Shown here: positions 38,494-49,023 of the stretch, piece after piece
How the letters are laid out: every line of letters starts with the position of its first letter
Numbering within the stretch: position 1 is the stretch's first letter
Source of the DNA: an uncultured Lachnospiraceae bacterium
GTDB lineage: Bacteria; Bacillota; Clostridia; Lachnospirales; Lachnospiraceae
Assembly (NCBI GenBank): GCA_946614135.1
Contig: CAMOGH010000008.1
Location: 447 to 64,446 of the forward strand
DNA: 64,000 nt
Direction: 5' to 3'
Notes under the pieces: model-generated
Told to the model about the DNA's origin: nothing
The model's input: the letters and a program-made list of their open reading frames with translations, nothing else
Databases searched by the model: none
Translations under genes and position numbers: made by a program

Positions 38494-39636
38494 ATGGGTT
38501 ACATCAAAGTTAAATCAGAAAAGAAAGAAAAATTCACCACAATATCAAACATCTTCATAGACAGATATATGCCTGAAGCTAACGGAGAATTTGTGAAACT
38601 TTACATCTATCTCATCAGACTTCTCCAGGATAATATCGGTGCTACAGTTTCATCTATAGCTGATAAGATGTCCTGTCAGGAAAAGGATGTTTGTCGTGGT
38701 ATCAAATACTGGATTTCCAAAGGTATCCTTGATCTTAAATATGATAAGGCTGAAGATACTTATAGCATCACCCTTCTTAAATTAGAAGAGGAAGAAGAGA
38801 AAGAATCTTCATATGAAAGTGATGATTATCTTATGAATATCATCGCATTCCAAAAGAATGAGAAAAAGACAGCAGCAAAGAAGGAAGAAATTGCAGAAAC
38901 AGTTAACGAAGTAACTCCTGTTTCTTCTGAAACAACATCTGTTACAAAGAAGAATCCTTCAAAGAAGCGCCTTACACAAAACCAGCTTAACCTTAAGCTT
39001 CAGGATCCGGAACTTATGGATCTTCGTGATGAGGCTGAAGCATATTTCCAGAGAGAACTTGCCCAGGAGGATATGAATTCACTTATCTATATCCACGACG
39101 AGCTTCATTTCTCTTTTGATCTTTGCGAATATCTCCTTGAATACTGCGGAGAGATAAAGAAGACTGATTCAAAGTTTTATGAGAAAGTTGCCATTAACTG
39201 GTATGAAAATGAAATAACAACAAGAGCCGAGGCAAAAGAATTCACATTGCGTTATTTCACCCTCTACGGAAAGATCTTAGAAAAACTTGGTATACAGTGG
39301 CACTCCATAAATGTGAAAGAAAAGTCATTTATTAACAAATGGACTACTACTTTCCTCTTCGATAATGCTATAATACTTAAGGCATGTGAAATTGCCATCG
39401 TTAACAGCCCATCTAAGGCTACATTTAATTATGTTGACGGAATACTTACAAAATGGCACGCAGCTGGAGTTAAGACTCTTAAAGATGTAGACAGCTACCA
39501 GTCTTCTACAGTTTCTAATGTAATAAGTGTTAATACTTCAAAGAAGCGTAATATCAATTCATTCAAGCAGACAGATCATTCAGACGATCTTAAGATGATA
39601 GAAGACCTTTATATGGACGAGGTTAAGGAAAATTGA
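38494..39636 (+). CDS. DnaD-domain replication initiation / membrane attachment protein (Bacillus DnaB-like)
   Basis: 380 aa. Winged-helix-like N-terminus and DnaD-like repeats. Overlaps and precedes a DnaI-like loader gene. Confidence 0.7.
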   Translation: MGYIKVKSEKKEKFTTISNIFIDRYMPEANGEFVKLYIYLIRLLQDNIGATVSSIADKMSCQEKDVCRGIKYWISKGILDLKYDKAEDTYSITLLKLEEEEEKESSYESDDYLMNIIAFQKNEKKTAAKKEEIAETVNEVTPVSSETTSVTKKNPSKKRLTQNQLNLKLQDPELMDLRDEAEAYFQRELAQEDMNSLIYIHDELHFSFDLCEYLLEYCGEIKKTDSKFYEKVAINWYENEITTRAEAKEFTLRYFTLYGKILEKLGIQWHSINVKEKSFINKWTTTFLFDNAIILKACEIAIVNSPSKATFNYVDGILTKWHAAGVKTLKDVDSYQSSTVSNVISVNTSKKRNINSFKQTDHSDDLKMIEDLYMDEVKEN

Positions 39637-40664
39637 GCAATTATTATATAGCTGATAAGAATGAGATTAAAAATATTTATAGTCGTTTAAAATCAGAGGC
39701 TCTTCGTAACAGAGTTCTTTGTAAGGAAGAGGTTTATAAAAAGATTCCAAGAATAGCTAAAATTGATGAGGAGATATCTCTCCTTAACATAGGTTTTATC
39801 AAAAGCCGTCTCAGAAATCCGGCCCTTGCTAAATCAAAGGATCCTGATATAGAAAGAAAAAAGAAGCTTTCACTTCTTAATAAAGAGAAAGCCACTCTTC
39901 TTAAAGATGCCGGTTATCCAGCAGACTATCTTTTGATCCACTATTCATGTCCTATCTGTAAGGATGAAGGATTTGTAGATGGAAAGAGATGCGAGTGTTT
40001 TAATAAAAGGCTTGCTGATATCCTCTATAAACAATCAAGCCATGCAGAAATAATAAAACAGGAATCATTTGAGAACTTCTCTCTTGATTATTACAGCCAT
40101 GAACTTATAGATGGATACAGGAAATCACCATACGATAATATGGTGGATAAACTCGAAAAAGCAAAAGAGTTTACAAAACAATTTGACAACAGAGGTCAAA
40201 ATATATTAATATACGGCGAGGCGGGACTTGGTAAGTCCTTCCTTTCGCATGCAATTTCAAAAGAACTTATTGAATCAGGTCATTCAGTACTTTATGTATC
40301 TGCAAATGAGCTTTTCAGCGACATTTTATCCAAGTATTTAATGTCCTATGATGCTGACACTAAGCTTAAAGTTGAGCCGGTGTATGAACTGGTTTATAAT
40401 GCAGATCTGCTTGTTATAGACGACCTTGGCACAGAAGTTCCAAATAACTTTACTGCTTCCCAGTTATTTGAAGTGGTAAATCAGAGATTGATACAGAACA
40501 GGTCCACTATCATTACTACTAATCTATCTGTCCAGGACCTTAGTAAGGCATACAGCGAAAGACTTATGTCACGCTTTGTTGACCGATATGAGTTTTTCAA
40601 TATATTCGGCAAAGACATACGTTACCAGAAAAAGCAACAAGCTTTTCAAAATAAAAACAAATAA
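39633..40664 (+). CDS. dnaI: Replicative helicase loader, DnaI/DnaC family AAA+ ATPase
   Basis: 343 aa. Zinc-ribbon-like CPICKDEGFVDGKRCEC, Walker A GEAGLGKS, Walker B LLVIDDLG. Confidence 0.75.
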   Translation: MSNYYIADKNEIKNIYSRLKSEALRNRVLCKEEVYKKIPRIAKIDEEISLLNIGFIKSRLRNPALAKSKDPDIERKKKLSLLNKEKATLLKDAGYPADYLLIHYSCPICKDEGFVDGKRCECFNKRLADILYKQSSHAEIIKQESFENFSLDYYSHELIDGYRKSPYDNMVDKLEKAKEFTKQFDNRGQNILIYGEAGLGKSFLSHAISKELIESGHSVLYVSANELFSDILSKYLMSYDADTKLKVEPVYELVYNADLLVIDDLGTEVPNNFTASQLFEVVNQRLIQNRSTIITTNLSVQDLSKAYSERLMSRFVDRYEFFNIFGKDIRYQKKQQAFQNKNK

Positions 40665-40688
40665 GTACTTAAGTTGGAGGAGAAAGAA

Positions 40689-41897
40689 ATGCCAGACGCA
40701 AGTAAACTTGTAACTGTTCCAGTAGGCAAACTTGGTATTATTCCATTACAGAGTTGCACATCACTCGGTGATAAGGTTAACCAGTACCTTGTAAAATGGA
40801 GAAAAGAGAGAAATCTCAACGAAAATAACTTTGTATTCAACGGCTATGAAAGAGATAGCTACATCATCGATTCTAGCTGCCCTAGATTCGCTTCAGGTGA
40901 AGCAAAGGGTACACTTTCAGAATCAGTTAGAGGAACTGACCTTTATCTCTTAGCTGATGTAACTAACTACAGCATTCAGTACAACTTAGGTGGTCAGATG
41001 ATCCCTATGTCTCCTGATGATCATTTCCAGGATTTAAAGCGTGTGATCGCAGCTATCGGTGGTAAAGCTAACCGTCTCAACATCATCATGCCTTTCCTTT
41101 ATGAATCAAGACAGCATAAGCGTAATAAGAGAGAATCTCTTGACTGTGCTCTTGCTCTTCAGGAACTTGTAAATTATTATGGCGTTTCAAATATCATTAC
41201 ATTTGATGCTCATGATCCTCGTGTACAGAATTCAATTCCTCTTAGTGGTTTTGAAAATGTTATGCCTACATATCAGTTCATCAAGTGTCTCCTCAAGAAT
41301 ATAAGCGACCTTCAGCTTGATAAGGATCACCTTATGGTAATCAGTCCAGACGAAGGTGCTATGCATAGAGCAATCTACTTCGCTAACCACGTTGGAGTTG
41401 ACGTAGGAATGTTCTATAAGAGAAGAGATTATTCTAAGGTTGTTAACGGCAAAAACCCTATCGTTGCTCATGAATTCCTCGGTGATTCAGTAGACGGTAA
41501 GGACGTTATCATCATCGATGATATGATCGCATCAGGCGAGTCAATGCTTGACGTAGCAAGACAGTTAAAGGAAAGAAAGGCAAAGAGAGTATTCTGTCTT
41601 TCAACATTCGGTCTTTTCACAGCTGGTCTTTCAGTATTTGATGATGCATATAACAAAGGAATCATCGATAAGGTTATTACAACAAATGTTGTTTACCAGA
41701 ATCCTGAACTCTTCACACGTGATTGGTATCTTTCAGCTGATATGAGCAAATATATTGCCATCATCATCGATCACCTTAATCACAACGCATCTCTCAGCTC
41801 ACTTCTTGATCCAAGAGAGCGTATCCAGGCAAGAGTTAATGAGTATCGTGAGAATCATACAATCTCAGATAACTACGACGGATCAGCACAGTTCTAA
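40689..41897 (+). CDS. prs: Ribose-phosphate pyrophosphokinase (long form)
   Basis: GGAGGAG lies 6 nt before the ATG. Contains the DAHD motif and the PRPP loop VIIIDDMIASGES. Confidence 0.8.
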   Translation: MPDASKLVTVPVGKLGIIPLQSCTSLGDKVNQYLVKWRKERNLNENNFVFNGYERDSYIIDSSCPRFASGEAKGTLSESVRGTDLYLLADVTNYSIQYNLGGQMIPMSPDDHFQDLKRVIAAIGGKANRLNIIMPFLYESRQHKRNKRESLDCALALQELVNYYGVSNIITFDAHDPRVQNSIPLSGFENVMPTYQFIKCLLKNISDLQLDKDHLMVISPDEGAMHRAIYFANHVGVDVGMFYKRRDYSKVVNGKNPIVAHEFLGDSVDGKDVIIIDDMIASGESMLDVARQLKERKAKRVFCLSTFGLFTAGLSVFDDAYNKGIIDKVITTNVVYQNPELFTRDWYLSADMSKYIAIIIDHLNHNASLSSLLDPRERIQARVNEYRENHTISDNYDGSAQF

Positions 41898-41914
41898 ATA
41901 AATAACTCATGCAA

Positions 41915-41953
41915 TAAAAAAACTCAGCGAATTCTTTCGCTGAGTTTTTTTTG
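41915..41953. terminator. Bidirectional terminator between prs and the LysR gene
   Basis: Stem aactcagcga / tcgctgagtt flanked by an A-run and a T-run. Confidence 0.8.
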
Positions 41954-41995
41954 TCCCAGAATCTAATATAAGCCCCAGATTTTAAGTTTTTACAC

Positions 41996-42901
41996 TTATA
42001 TGACCTGATCCTCATATTTACTTAATTCTTCCACGTATAGCTCTCCTAAGCGGCTCAGATTGGATCCTTTACGTTTGATATAACCTATCCTCATCTTCTG
42101 GTTCTCTTTTAATGGAACGGCCTTATAGGCATCTCCATTAAGATCTTCACTTATTATACCGGAACAAAGTGTATATCCATTTAATCCTACCATGAGATTA
42201 AGCATTGTGGCTCTGTCATTTGCTTTTATTATCCTGCTGTAATTATAGGTAGAAAGCTGCTCTTCTGAAAGATACAGAGAAGCATTTAACCCCTGATCGA
42301 ATGAAAGACATGGATAACAAGTAAGATCATTTATCGATATCTTCTTTTTATTTGCAAGAGGATGCTGTCCCCAAAGATATACATATGTATTACAGGTAAA
42401 CAACTCCTTAAATTCAAGATCGTTTTCCAAAAAAAGCTTTCTTAATACTTTCTCATTAAAGTCGTCAATATAAAGGATTCCTATCTCACTCTTAAAATTC
42501 TTTACATTTTCTATTACTTCTTTTGTTTTAGTCTCATGCACTGCAAATTCAAAAGAGTCCATACCAAACTGCTTTACTACCTCAACAAACGCCTTAACTG
42601 CAAAGGAATAATGCTGCATGGAAACACTGAATTTCTTTTTAGATTTCTTCTCTATAAATTTGTCATTTAATAATTCAAACTGATCTAAAACCTGCCTTGC
42701 ATATCCAAGGAAATCTTCTCCATCTGGAGTTATAACAATTCCTCTGTTGGATCTTAAAAATATATCGAATCCCAGTTCTGATTCTAAGTCTTTCACTGCT
42801 CCTGATAAACTTGGCTGTGACAAAAAGAGTTTCTTTGCCGCCACATTCATTGAGCCACTTTCTGCAATTTCAATAACATATCTTAACTGTTGCAATGTCA
42901 T
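41996..42901 (-). CDS. LysR-family transcriptional regulator
   Basis: MTLQQLRYVIEIAESGSMNVAAKKLFLSQPSLS helix-turn-helix. Starts 4 nt after the cysK stop. Confidence 0.85.
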   Translation of the reverse strand: MTLQQLRYVIEIAESGSMNVAAKKLFLSQPSLSGAVKDLESELGFDIFLRSNRGIVITPDGEDFLGYARQVLDQFELLNDKFIEKKSKKKFSVSMQHYSFAVKAFVEVVKQFGMDSFEFAVHETKTKEVIENVKNFKSEIGILYIDDFNEKVLRKLFLENDLEFKELFTCNTYVYLWGQHPLANKKKISINDLTCYPCLSFDQGLNASLYLSEEQLSTYNYSRIIKANDRATMLNLMVGLNGYTLCSGIISEDLNGDAYKAVPLKENQKMRIGYIKRKGSNLSRLGELYVEELSKYEDQVI

Positions 42902-42905
42902 ACTA

Positions 42906-43841
42906 TCACTCACCAAATACAGTTGTTGAAAGGTATCTGTCTCCTGAATCAGGAAGAAGAACTACAATAGTCTTTCCCTTATTTTCTGGTCTCTTTGCTA
43001 TCTCTGAAGCTGCAAAAAGTGCTGCTCCTGATGAAATTCCTACAAGAATACCTTCGTCTTCTGCTACCTTTCTTGTTGTTGCAAAAGCATCATCATTTGA
43101 AACAGGTATAATCTCATCATATACCTCTGTATCAAGAACCTTAGGTACAAAGCCTGCACCAATTCCCTGAATCTTATGAGGCCCTGCTTCTCCTTTTGAA
43201 AGTACCGGACTTGAAGAAGGTTCAACTGCTACAACTTTAATATCAGGATTTTTCTCCTTTAAAAATTTTCCTGTACCTGTTATTGTTCCACCTGTACCAA
43301 CACCTGCTACAAATATATCTACCTTACCATCTGTATCTTCCCAGATTTCAGGTCCTGTTGTCTTATAATGAGCCAGTGCATTAGCTGAATTTTCAAACTG
43401 GCCAAGAATGAGCGATCCCTCTATCTCTTTATTTAATTCTTCAGCTTTTGCAATAGCACCCTTCATTCCCTTTGCACCTTCAGTAAGAACAAGCTGTGCT
43501 CCATATGCTCTCATCAGTTTTCTTCTTTCAACTGACATGGTTTCTGGAAGTGTGATTATTACTTTATAGCCCTTTGTAGCTGCAACTGCCGCAATTCCAA
43601 TACCTGTATTTCCACTGGTTGGCTCGATTAAAGTTGCACCTGGCTTTAATTTTCCACTTTTTTCGGCTTCCTCAATCATAGAAAGAGCAATTCTATCCTT
43701 CACAGATCCGGCAGGATTAAAATATTCCACTTTTGCAATGATATTTGCTTCCTTTAATCCTTCCTTCTCCTGATAAGCCGCCAAATGAAGAAGTGGTGTA
43801 TGTCCAATAAGTTCTGATGCATTTTCATAAATCTTTGCCAT
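42906..43841 (-). CDS. cysK: Cysteine synthase A (O-acetylserine sulfhydrylase)
   Basis: Start [18 protein letters not shown]. Contains NPAGSVKDR (PLP lysine) and GTGGTITG. Confidence 0.9.
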   Translation of the reverse strand: MAKIYENASELIGHTPLLHLAAYQEKEGLKEANIIAKVEYFNPAGSVKDRIALSMIEEAEKSGKLKPGATLIEPTSGNTGIGIAAVAATKGYKVIITLPETMSVERRKLMRAYGAQLVLTEGAKGMKGAIAKAEELNKEIEGSLILGQFENSANALAHYKTTGPEIWEDTDGKVDIFVAGVGTGGTITGTGKFLKEKNPDIKVVAVEPSSSPVLSKGEAGPHKIQGIGAGFVPKVLDTEVYDEIIPVSNDDAFATTRKVAEDEGILVGISSGAALFAASEIAKRPENKGKTIVVLLPDSGDRYLSTTVFGE

Positions 43842-44003
43842 AATTTCATCCTCCATAACCTTTTATATTGTTTTTTCTTATATCCCACCTTACCTACCTG
43901 TTTGGTGGGTTATAATTTTTTCTGATATAGTAACACACTCTAACAAAGTATGTCAATGCTTAAATACCCATTAATCCTGACTGCGCCAACACGCCTTTTA
44001 AAT

Positions 44004-44032
44004 AAAAAAAGGCCGCATTACATGCGGCCTTG
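44004..44032 (-). terminator. Terminator after the suf operon
   Basis: Hairpin aaggccgcat / atgcggcctt followed by T7 on the minus strand. Confidence 0.8.
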
Positions 44033-44043
44033 CAATACTTATA

Positions 44044-44505
44044 TTACTGATCCTCAGTGGAAACTTCTCTTCCCTGTTTTTCTTCTTTAAATATTTCCTC
44101 AAGTGTATGCCAACCAAGAACTGCACATTTTACTCTTGATGGCATATGTGCAATATCCTGAAGAGCTGATGCCTCTTCAAGCATCTCAAGTTCCTCATCA
44201 CTTACCTTTCCTTTTATCATCTTAAGGAAAGTGTCTTTAAGAGAAAGCGCCTCTTCAACGCTTCTTCCAATAACAAGATCCAGCATCATATCAGCGCTGG
44301 CCTGTGATATGGCACAACCATCTCCTATAAAGGATCCATCTTCTATAATTCCATCATCAGAAACATTAAGCTGAAGTGTTATCTTATCTCCACAGGAAGG
44401 ATTAACTCCTCGCATTTCTTTGTTATAAGTCATCAGCTTATGTTTATGTTCCGGATTCATATTATGTTCTGTAAGTATTTCATTATAGAACGTTCTATTC
44501 TCCAT
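44044..44505 (-). CDS. sufU: Fe-S cluster scaffold / sulfur acceptor SufU
   Basis: Start MENRTFYNEILTEHNMNPEHKH. Contains NPSCGD, GDGCAIS and the C-terminal VKCAVL. Confidence 0.85.
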   Translation of the reverse strand: MENRTFYNEILTEHNMNPEHKHKLMTYNKEMRGVNPSCGDKITLQLNVSDDGIIEDGSFIGDGCAISQASADMMLDLVIGRSVEEALSLKDTFLKMIKGKVSDEELEMLEEASALQDIAHMPSRVKCAVLGWHTLEEIFKEEKQGREVSTEDQ

Positions 44506-45721
44506 AACCCATTTTCCTCCTGACTGATGAAACACTTTCAATCAGCCTTTCTATTTCTTCTTCAGTATTATAGAACATGATACTTGCTCTGGTAGTAGGT
44601 CTTCCATCCATATATGTATGAAGCGGCTCAGCGCAGTGATGTCCTGCTCTTATAGCAACATTGTCTTCAGCCATTATAGCTGCCACATCATGTGGATGCA
44701 CACCATCTATCTTAAATGTAAAAATGCCATGATGTTCATCAGGATCATCAGCCCCAAGAAGCTCCACATGTGGAATCTCTTTAAATTTTGCAAATGCAAG
44801 ACGGCTGAGTTCTCTTTCTCTTTCTTCAATAGCCTCAAGCCCTATACTCTGTAGATAATTAATAGCTGCTTCAAGTCCTACAGCTCCACCGGCATTAACT
44901 GTTCCTGCCTCAAACTTATGTGGAAGTTCAGCATAAGAAACATAATCAGTCTCAACTGTCTCAATCATCTCTCCACCTGTAAGGAAAGGAGGCATTTTAT
45001 TAAGCAAATCTTCCTTACCATATAAAACACCTATTCCAAATGGTCCAAGTAATTTATGTCCTGAAAATGCAAGAAAATCGCAGTCCATTTTCTGAACATC
45101 TGTTACAGAATGAGGTACACTCTGGGCACCATCAACCACAAGGTATGCTCCCGAGTCATGCACTAACTTTGCAACCTGGCTCATATCGTTCAGTCTTCCA
45201 AATATATTAGACATAGCTGTCATAGCTACTATCTTTGTCTTCGGTGTTATAAGAGCCTTTAATTTATCAAGATCAAATGATCCATCTTTTTCGCAATAAA
45301 AAAATTTAAGCTCAGCCTTATTTCTCTTTGCAGCCTCCATCCACGGAAGCATGTTACTGTGATGTTCAACAATAGTTGTTATCACTTCATCCCCTTCTTT
45401 AAGCAGAAGGTTACCAAGACTATATGCCACAAGATTAAGACTTTCTGAGGCATTTCTTGTAAAAATGATCTCCCTGTCAGAAGATGCATTTATAAACTGA
45501 GCAACTGTGTGTCTTGCATGCTCATACTTTTCAGTAGAGTCAATTGAAAGCTGGTAAAGTCCTCTGAAAGGGTTCGCATTAAAATGATAATAATAATCAT
45601 TTACTGCGTCCAATACCACTTTAGGCCTCTGAGAAGTAGCAGAATTATCTAAATATATAAGATCAGTAGATTCAAAAAACGGAAAATCTTTTCTAATTGC
45701 AGCAACATCAAGTCTACTCAT
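44495..45721 (-). CDS. sufS: Cysteine desulfurase SufS
   Basis: Class V aminotransferase with SGHKLLGP (PLP lysine) and RAGHHCAEP (active-site Cys). Confidence 0.9.
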   Translation of the reverse strand: MSRLDVAAIRKDFPFFESTDLIYLDNSATSQRPKVVLDAVNDYYYHFNANPFRGLYQLSIDSTEKYEHARHTVAQFINASSDREIIFTRNASESLNLVAYSLGNLLLKEGDEVITTIVEHHSNMLPWMEAAKRNKAELKFFYCEKDGSFDLDKLKALITPKTKIVAMTAMSNIFGRLNDMSQVAKLVHDSGAYLVVDGAQSVPHSVTDVQKMDCDFLAFSGHKLLGPFGIGVLYGKEDLLNKMPPFLTGGEMIETVETDYVSYAELPHKFEAGTVNAGGAVGLEAAINYLQSIGLEAIEERERELSRLAFAKFKEIPHVELLGADDPDEHHGIFTFKIDGVHPHDVAAIMAEDNVAIRAGHHCAEPLHTYMDGRPTTRASIMFYNTEEEIERLIESVSSVRRKMGYGE

Positions 45722-46814
45722 CCTCTTCCTCCTCAATTTCCTCATCCTCTTTTTTTAGTAAAGATCCAAAGATATAATCCTTTGTCTTTTCGTCTTCAAT
45801 CTTAGAGGCAACTTCTGCTATTCTTCCATCTATCATAAGCTTATAGGCATTCTCTTCATCGATTCCCCTCGCCATTAAATAGAAAAGCACTTCATCACTA
45901 AGTTTTCCTATTGTTGCACCATGAGTTCCTTCAACATCTTCCTCAGCACAAAGGATAAGTGGTACTGTCTTATTAACTACATCCTCATCAATAAGAAGGA
46001 CATCTTCCTTCTCGTCACCTACTGCACCGGCACATCCCTTTATAAAATCAATAGTGCCACGGAATACCTTACTTGCACTATTCTTAAGAACGCCATTACA
46101 ATAGATATTACTCTTTGTCTCTTTTCCTCTATGTCTTGCAACATAGTTGAAATCCAGAGTATCTTCGTTCTTTGCAAGATATGCAGTATCAATTCTAAGG
46201 GAACTTCTATCTCCTAAAAGATTACAGCAAAGCCCTTCATATATTCCTGCTCCGCAAAGTTCAAGATGGATAACTTCAAATCTTGCATCTTCTGCACACT
46301 CACAGGATACATTATTATAGAATTTCATATCATCTTTAAAGCAGTGGATCTGAATCAACTTGACAACAGATTTTTTACCAATGATAAATCTCATATCACA
46401 CGCTGCTTCTTTAATATCTGAACCTTCACAAATGATATGGTTCACAATAAAAGTACACTCTGAATCATTTCCAATTTCTGCCTGATAACAATTATATGCA
46501 AAGTCATTTTCAGAGTAACTGATATCTATTCTTACAGGTTCTTTAACCTTTGTATCATCTGCTATCTTAAAGCTTTCTTTTTCAATTCCAAAGCTTTCAG
46601 CCAACTGAATAAACTCACTGTCTAATCCAGACTCAAGGTTTAAGAATCTTTCCTGATCTAAAGTGTCATTTATCTTTATTTTTTTATCAGCTTCAATTAT
46701 CTCATTTCCTTCTAAAGCTTCTGATGGAACTTTAACATAGGCCTCATTAACCCTGAGCCAGTTCCATGTTGGTGAAGGTAAATGATTTACGCTGATCTCT
46801 CTTAATTCGCTCAT
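45714..46814 (-). CDS. sufD: Fe-S assembly protein SufD
   Basis: 366 aa. SufB/D-family C-terminus. Located between sufB and sufS. Confidence 0.8.
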   Translation of the reverse strand: MSELREISVNHLPSPTWNWLRVNEAYVKVPSEALEGNEIIEADKKIKINDTLDQERFLNLESGLDSEFIQLAESFGIEKESFKIADDTKVKEPVRIDISYSENDFAYNCYQAEIGNDSECTFIVNHIICEGSDIKEAACDMRFIIGKKSVVKLIQIHCFKDDMKFYNNVSCECAEDARFEVIHLELCGAGIYEGLCCNLLGDRSSLRIDTAYLAKNEDTLDFNYVARHRGKETKSNIYCNGVLKNSASKVFRGTIDFIKGCAGAVGDEKEDVLLIDEDVVNKTVPLILCAEEDVEGTHGATIGKLSDEVLFYLMARGIDEENAYKLMIDGRIAEVASKIEDEKTKDYIFGSLLKKEDEEIEEEEDE

Positions 46815-46825
46815 CTCCTACCTCC

Positions 46826-48235
46826 TTAACCTATGCTGCCCTTCATCTCGATACGTATTAAGTTATTCATCTCAACAGCATATTCAAGAGGAAGTTCCTT
46901 AGATACATTATCAGCAAATCCGCTGACTATCATTGTTCTTGCATCTGCTTCTGAAATACCACGTGACATAAGATAAAATACTGCTTCGTCACTGATACGT
47001 CCAATCTTAGCTTCGTGTCCGATATCAGCATCATCTGTTCTTACGTCCATTGAAGGAATAGTATCAGAACGAGAAATATCATCTAACATAAGAGATGCAC
47101 AATCAACCGAAGATTTAGCACCTTTAGCATTCTTATTAACTACAACAGCACTTCTAAATGTACTGATTCCGCCATCCTTAGAAATAGACTTTGCACTTAC
47201 AACAGACTTTGTATCCTTACCTGTATGAACTACCTTCATACCTGTATCAAGATTCTGTCCATTACCTGCAAAAGTGATTCCGGTATATTCCATCTGGGAA
47301 TTGTCACCCTTAAGGATAGTCATAGGATAAAGATATGAAACATGAGAACCAAATGAACCTGATACCCATTCCATCTTGCCACCTTCTTCAACGATGGCAC
47401 GCTTTGTGTTCAGGTTATACATATTCTTTGACCAGTTCTCAATAGTTGAATAACGAAGTTTTGCATTCTTTCCAACGAAAAGCTCAACACAACCCGCATG
47501 AAGATTAGCAACATTATACTTAGGTGCTGAACATCCTTCTATGAAATGAAGATCTGCACCCTCATCAACTATTATAAGTGTATGCTCAAACTGACCTGCA
47601 CCTGGTGCATTAAGTCTGAAATATGACTGAAGAGGGATTTCCACAGAAACTCCCTTTGGTACATATACAAATGATCCTCCTGACCAAACTGCTCCATGAA
47701 GAGCGGCAAACTTATGATCCTGTGGTGGCACAAGCTTCATAAAATGTTCCTTTATCATCTCTTCATAAGGTCCATGCATCGCAGACTCAAGATCAGTATA
47801 TATGACTCCCTGAGCTGCAACTTCTTCTTTTACATTATGATAAACAAGTTCTGAATCATACTGGGCTCCAACCCCTGCAAGACTCTCTCTTTCAGCCTTT
47901 GGAATACCAAGCTTTTCAAAAGTCTCTTTGATCTCTTCCGGAACTTCATCCCAGTCAGCACTCATTTTATTATTCTTTGGTCTTACATAGGTAACGATAT
48001 TATCCATGTTAAGACCATCTATAGAAGGTCCCCACTGAGGGACTCTTATCTTACGGTATTCTTCAAGAGATTTCAGTCTGAATTCACGCATCCATTCAGG
48101 ATCATTCTTTTCTTTTGAAATCTGTTCTACAATCTCTTCTGTAAGTCCTTCATCTACCCTGTAGTAGTCCTTTTCCTCATATCTGAAATCATAGAACTCT
48201 CTTGAAATATCTTCGACTTTAGTCTTTTCTTTCAT
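46826..48235 (-). CDS. sufB: Fe-S assembly protein SufB
   Basis: 469-aa typical SufB sequence. Confidence 0.9.
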   Translation of the reverse strand: MKEKTKVEDISREFYDFRYEEKDYYRVDEGLTEEIVEQISKEKNDPEWMREFRLKSLEEYRKIRVPQWGPSIDGLNMDNIVTYVRPKNNKMSADWDEVPEEIKETFEKLGIPKAERESLAGVGAQYDSELVYHNVKEEVAAQGVIYTDLESAMHGPYEEMIKEHFMKLVPPQDHKFAALHGAVWSGGSFVYVPKGVSVEIPLQSYFRLNAPGAGQFEHTLIIVDEGADLHFIEGCSAPKYNVANLHAGCVELFVGKNAKLRYSTIENWSKNMYNLNTKRAIVEEGGKMEWVSGSFGSHVSYLYPMTILKGDNSQMEYTGITFAGNGQNLDTGMKVVHTGKDTKSVVSAKSISKDGGISTFRSAVVVNKNAKGAKSSVDCASLMLDDISRSDTIPSMDVRTDDADIGHEAKIGRISDEAVFYLMSRGISEADARTMIVSGFADNVSKELPLEYAVEMNNLIRIEMKGSIG

Positions 48236-48262
48236 ATAGTCTCCTAAATTAATCTGGTCAGA

Positions 48263-49006
48263 TTACTTACCTAAATATTTCTCAAATCCATTTTCATTGA
48301 TCTCATCTACAAGAGAACCATCTCCTGAAGCAACGATCTTACCATTAACAAGAATGTGAGTATAATCAACATGAAGTGACTCAAGAATTCTTGTACTATG
48401 TGTAATGATAATAAGTGCTCCTTCTCTTTCCTTCATGAACTCTTCCACACCATCTGATACAGTTCTTACTGCATCAACATCAAGTCCCGAATCAGTCTCA
48501 TCAAGGATTGCAAGATCAGGCTTTAACATAAGCATCTGAAGAATCTCTGCCTTCTTCTTCTCGCCGCCTGAAAAACCTACATTAAGATCTCTATCAGCAT
48601 ATGAAGGATCCATCTTAAGAACCTTCATTTCTTTTTCTAACTTCTTTCTGAAGTCCCAGAGTCTTGAACGCTTACCAGTCTTCTGATCAACAGAACTTCT
48701 GATAAAATTTGAAAGTGTGATACCAGGAACTTCAATAGGATTCTGGAACGAAAGGAACAGTCCGTCTTTTGCGCGCTCTGCTGCGTTCTCTTCCAGGATA
48801 TCTTTGCCGTTAAAGGTTATTGAACCTCCCGTTACTGAATAATTAGGATTTCCCATTAATGCGTAGCCAAGTGTTGATTTTCCGGCACCATTTGGTCCCA
48901 TCAACACATGAACTTCTCCCTTGTTGACATTAAGATCAACTCCGTGAAGAATCTCTTTATCGCTCACGTTAACAGTCAGCCCTTTTATTTCTAACAACTG
49001 TGGCAT
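48263..49006 (-). CDS. sufC: Fe-S assembly ATPase SufC
   Basis: 247 aa. Walker A GPNGAGKST, FSGGEKKK, ILDETDSGLD. Confidence 0.9.
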   Translation of the reverse strand: MPQLLEIKGLTVNVSDKEILHGVDLNVNKGEVHVLMGPNGAGKSTLGYALMGNPNYSVTGGSITFNGKDILEENAAERAKDGLFLSFQNPIEVPGITLSNFIRSSVDQKTGKRSRLWDFRKKLEKEMKVLKMDPSYADRDLNVGFSGGEKKKAEILQMLMLKPDLAILDETDSGLDVDAVRTVSDGVEEFMKEREGALIIITHSTRILESLHVDYTHILVNGKIVASGDGSLVDEINENGFEKYLGK

Positions 49007-49023
49007 AATGTACCTCCATTTAT

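Noticed and set aside
43857-44003. Hairpin cccaccaaacagg...taaggtggg in the cysK upstream region, considered as a possible riboswitch or T-box
   Set aside because: I could find no T-box sequence, S-box core or U-tract, so I cannot support a regulatory RNA call from sequence alone.
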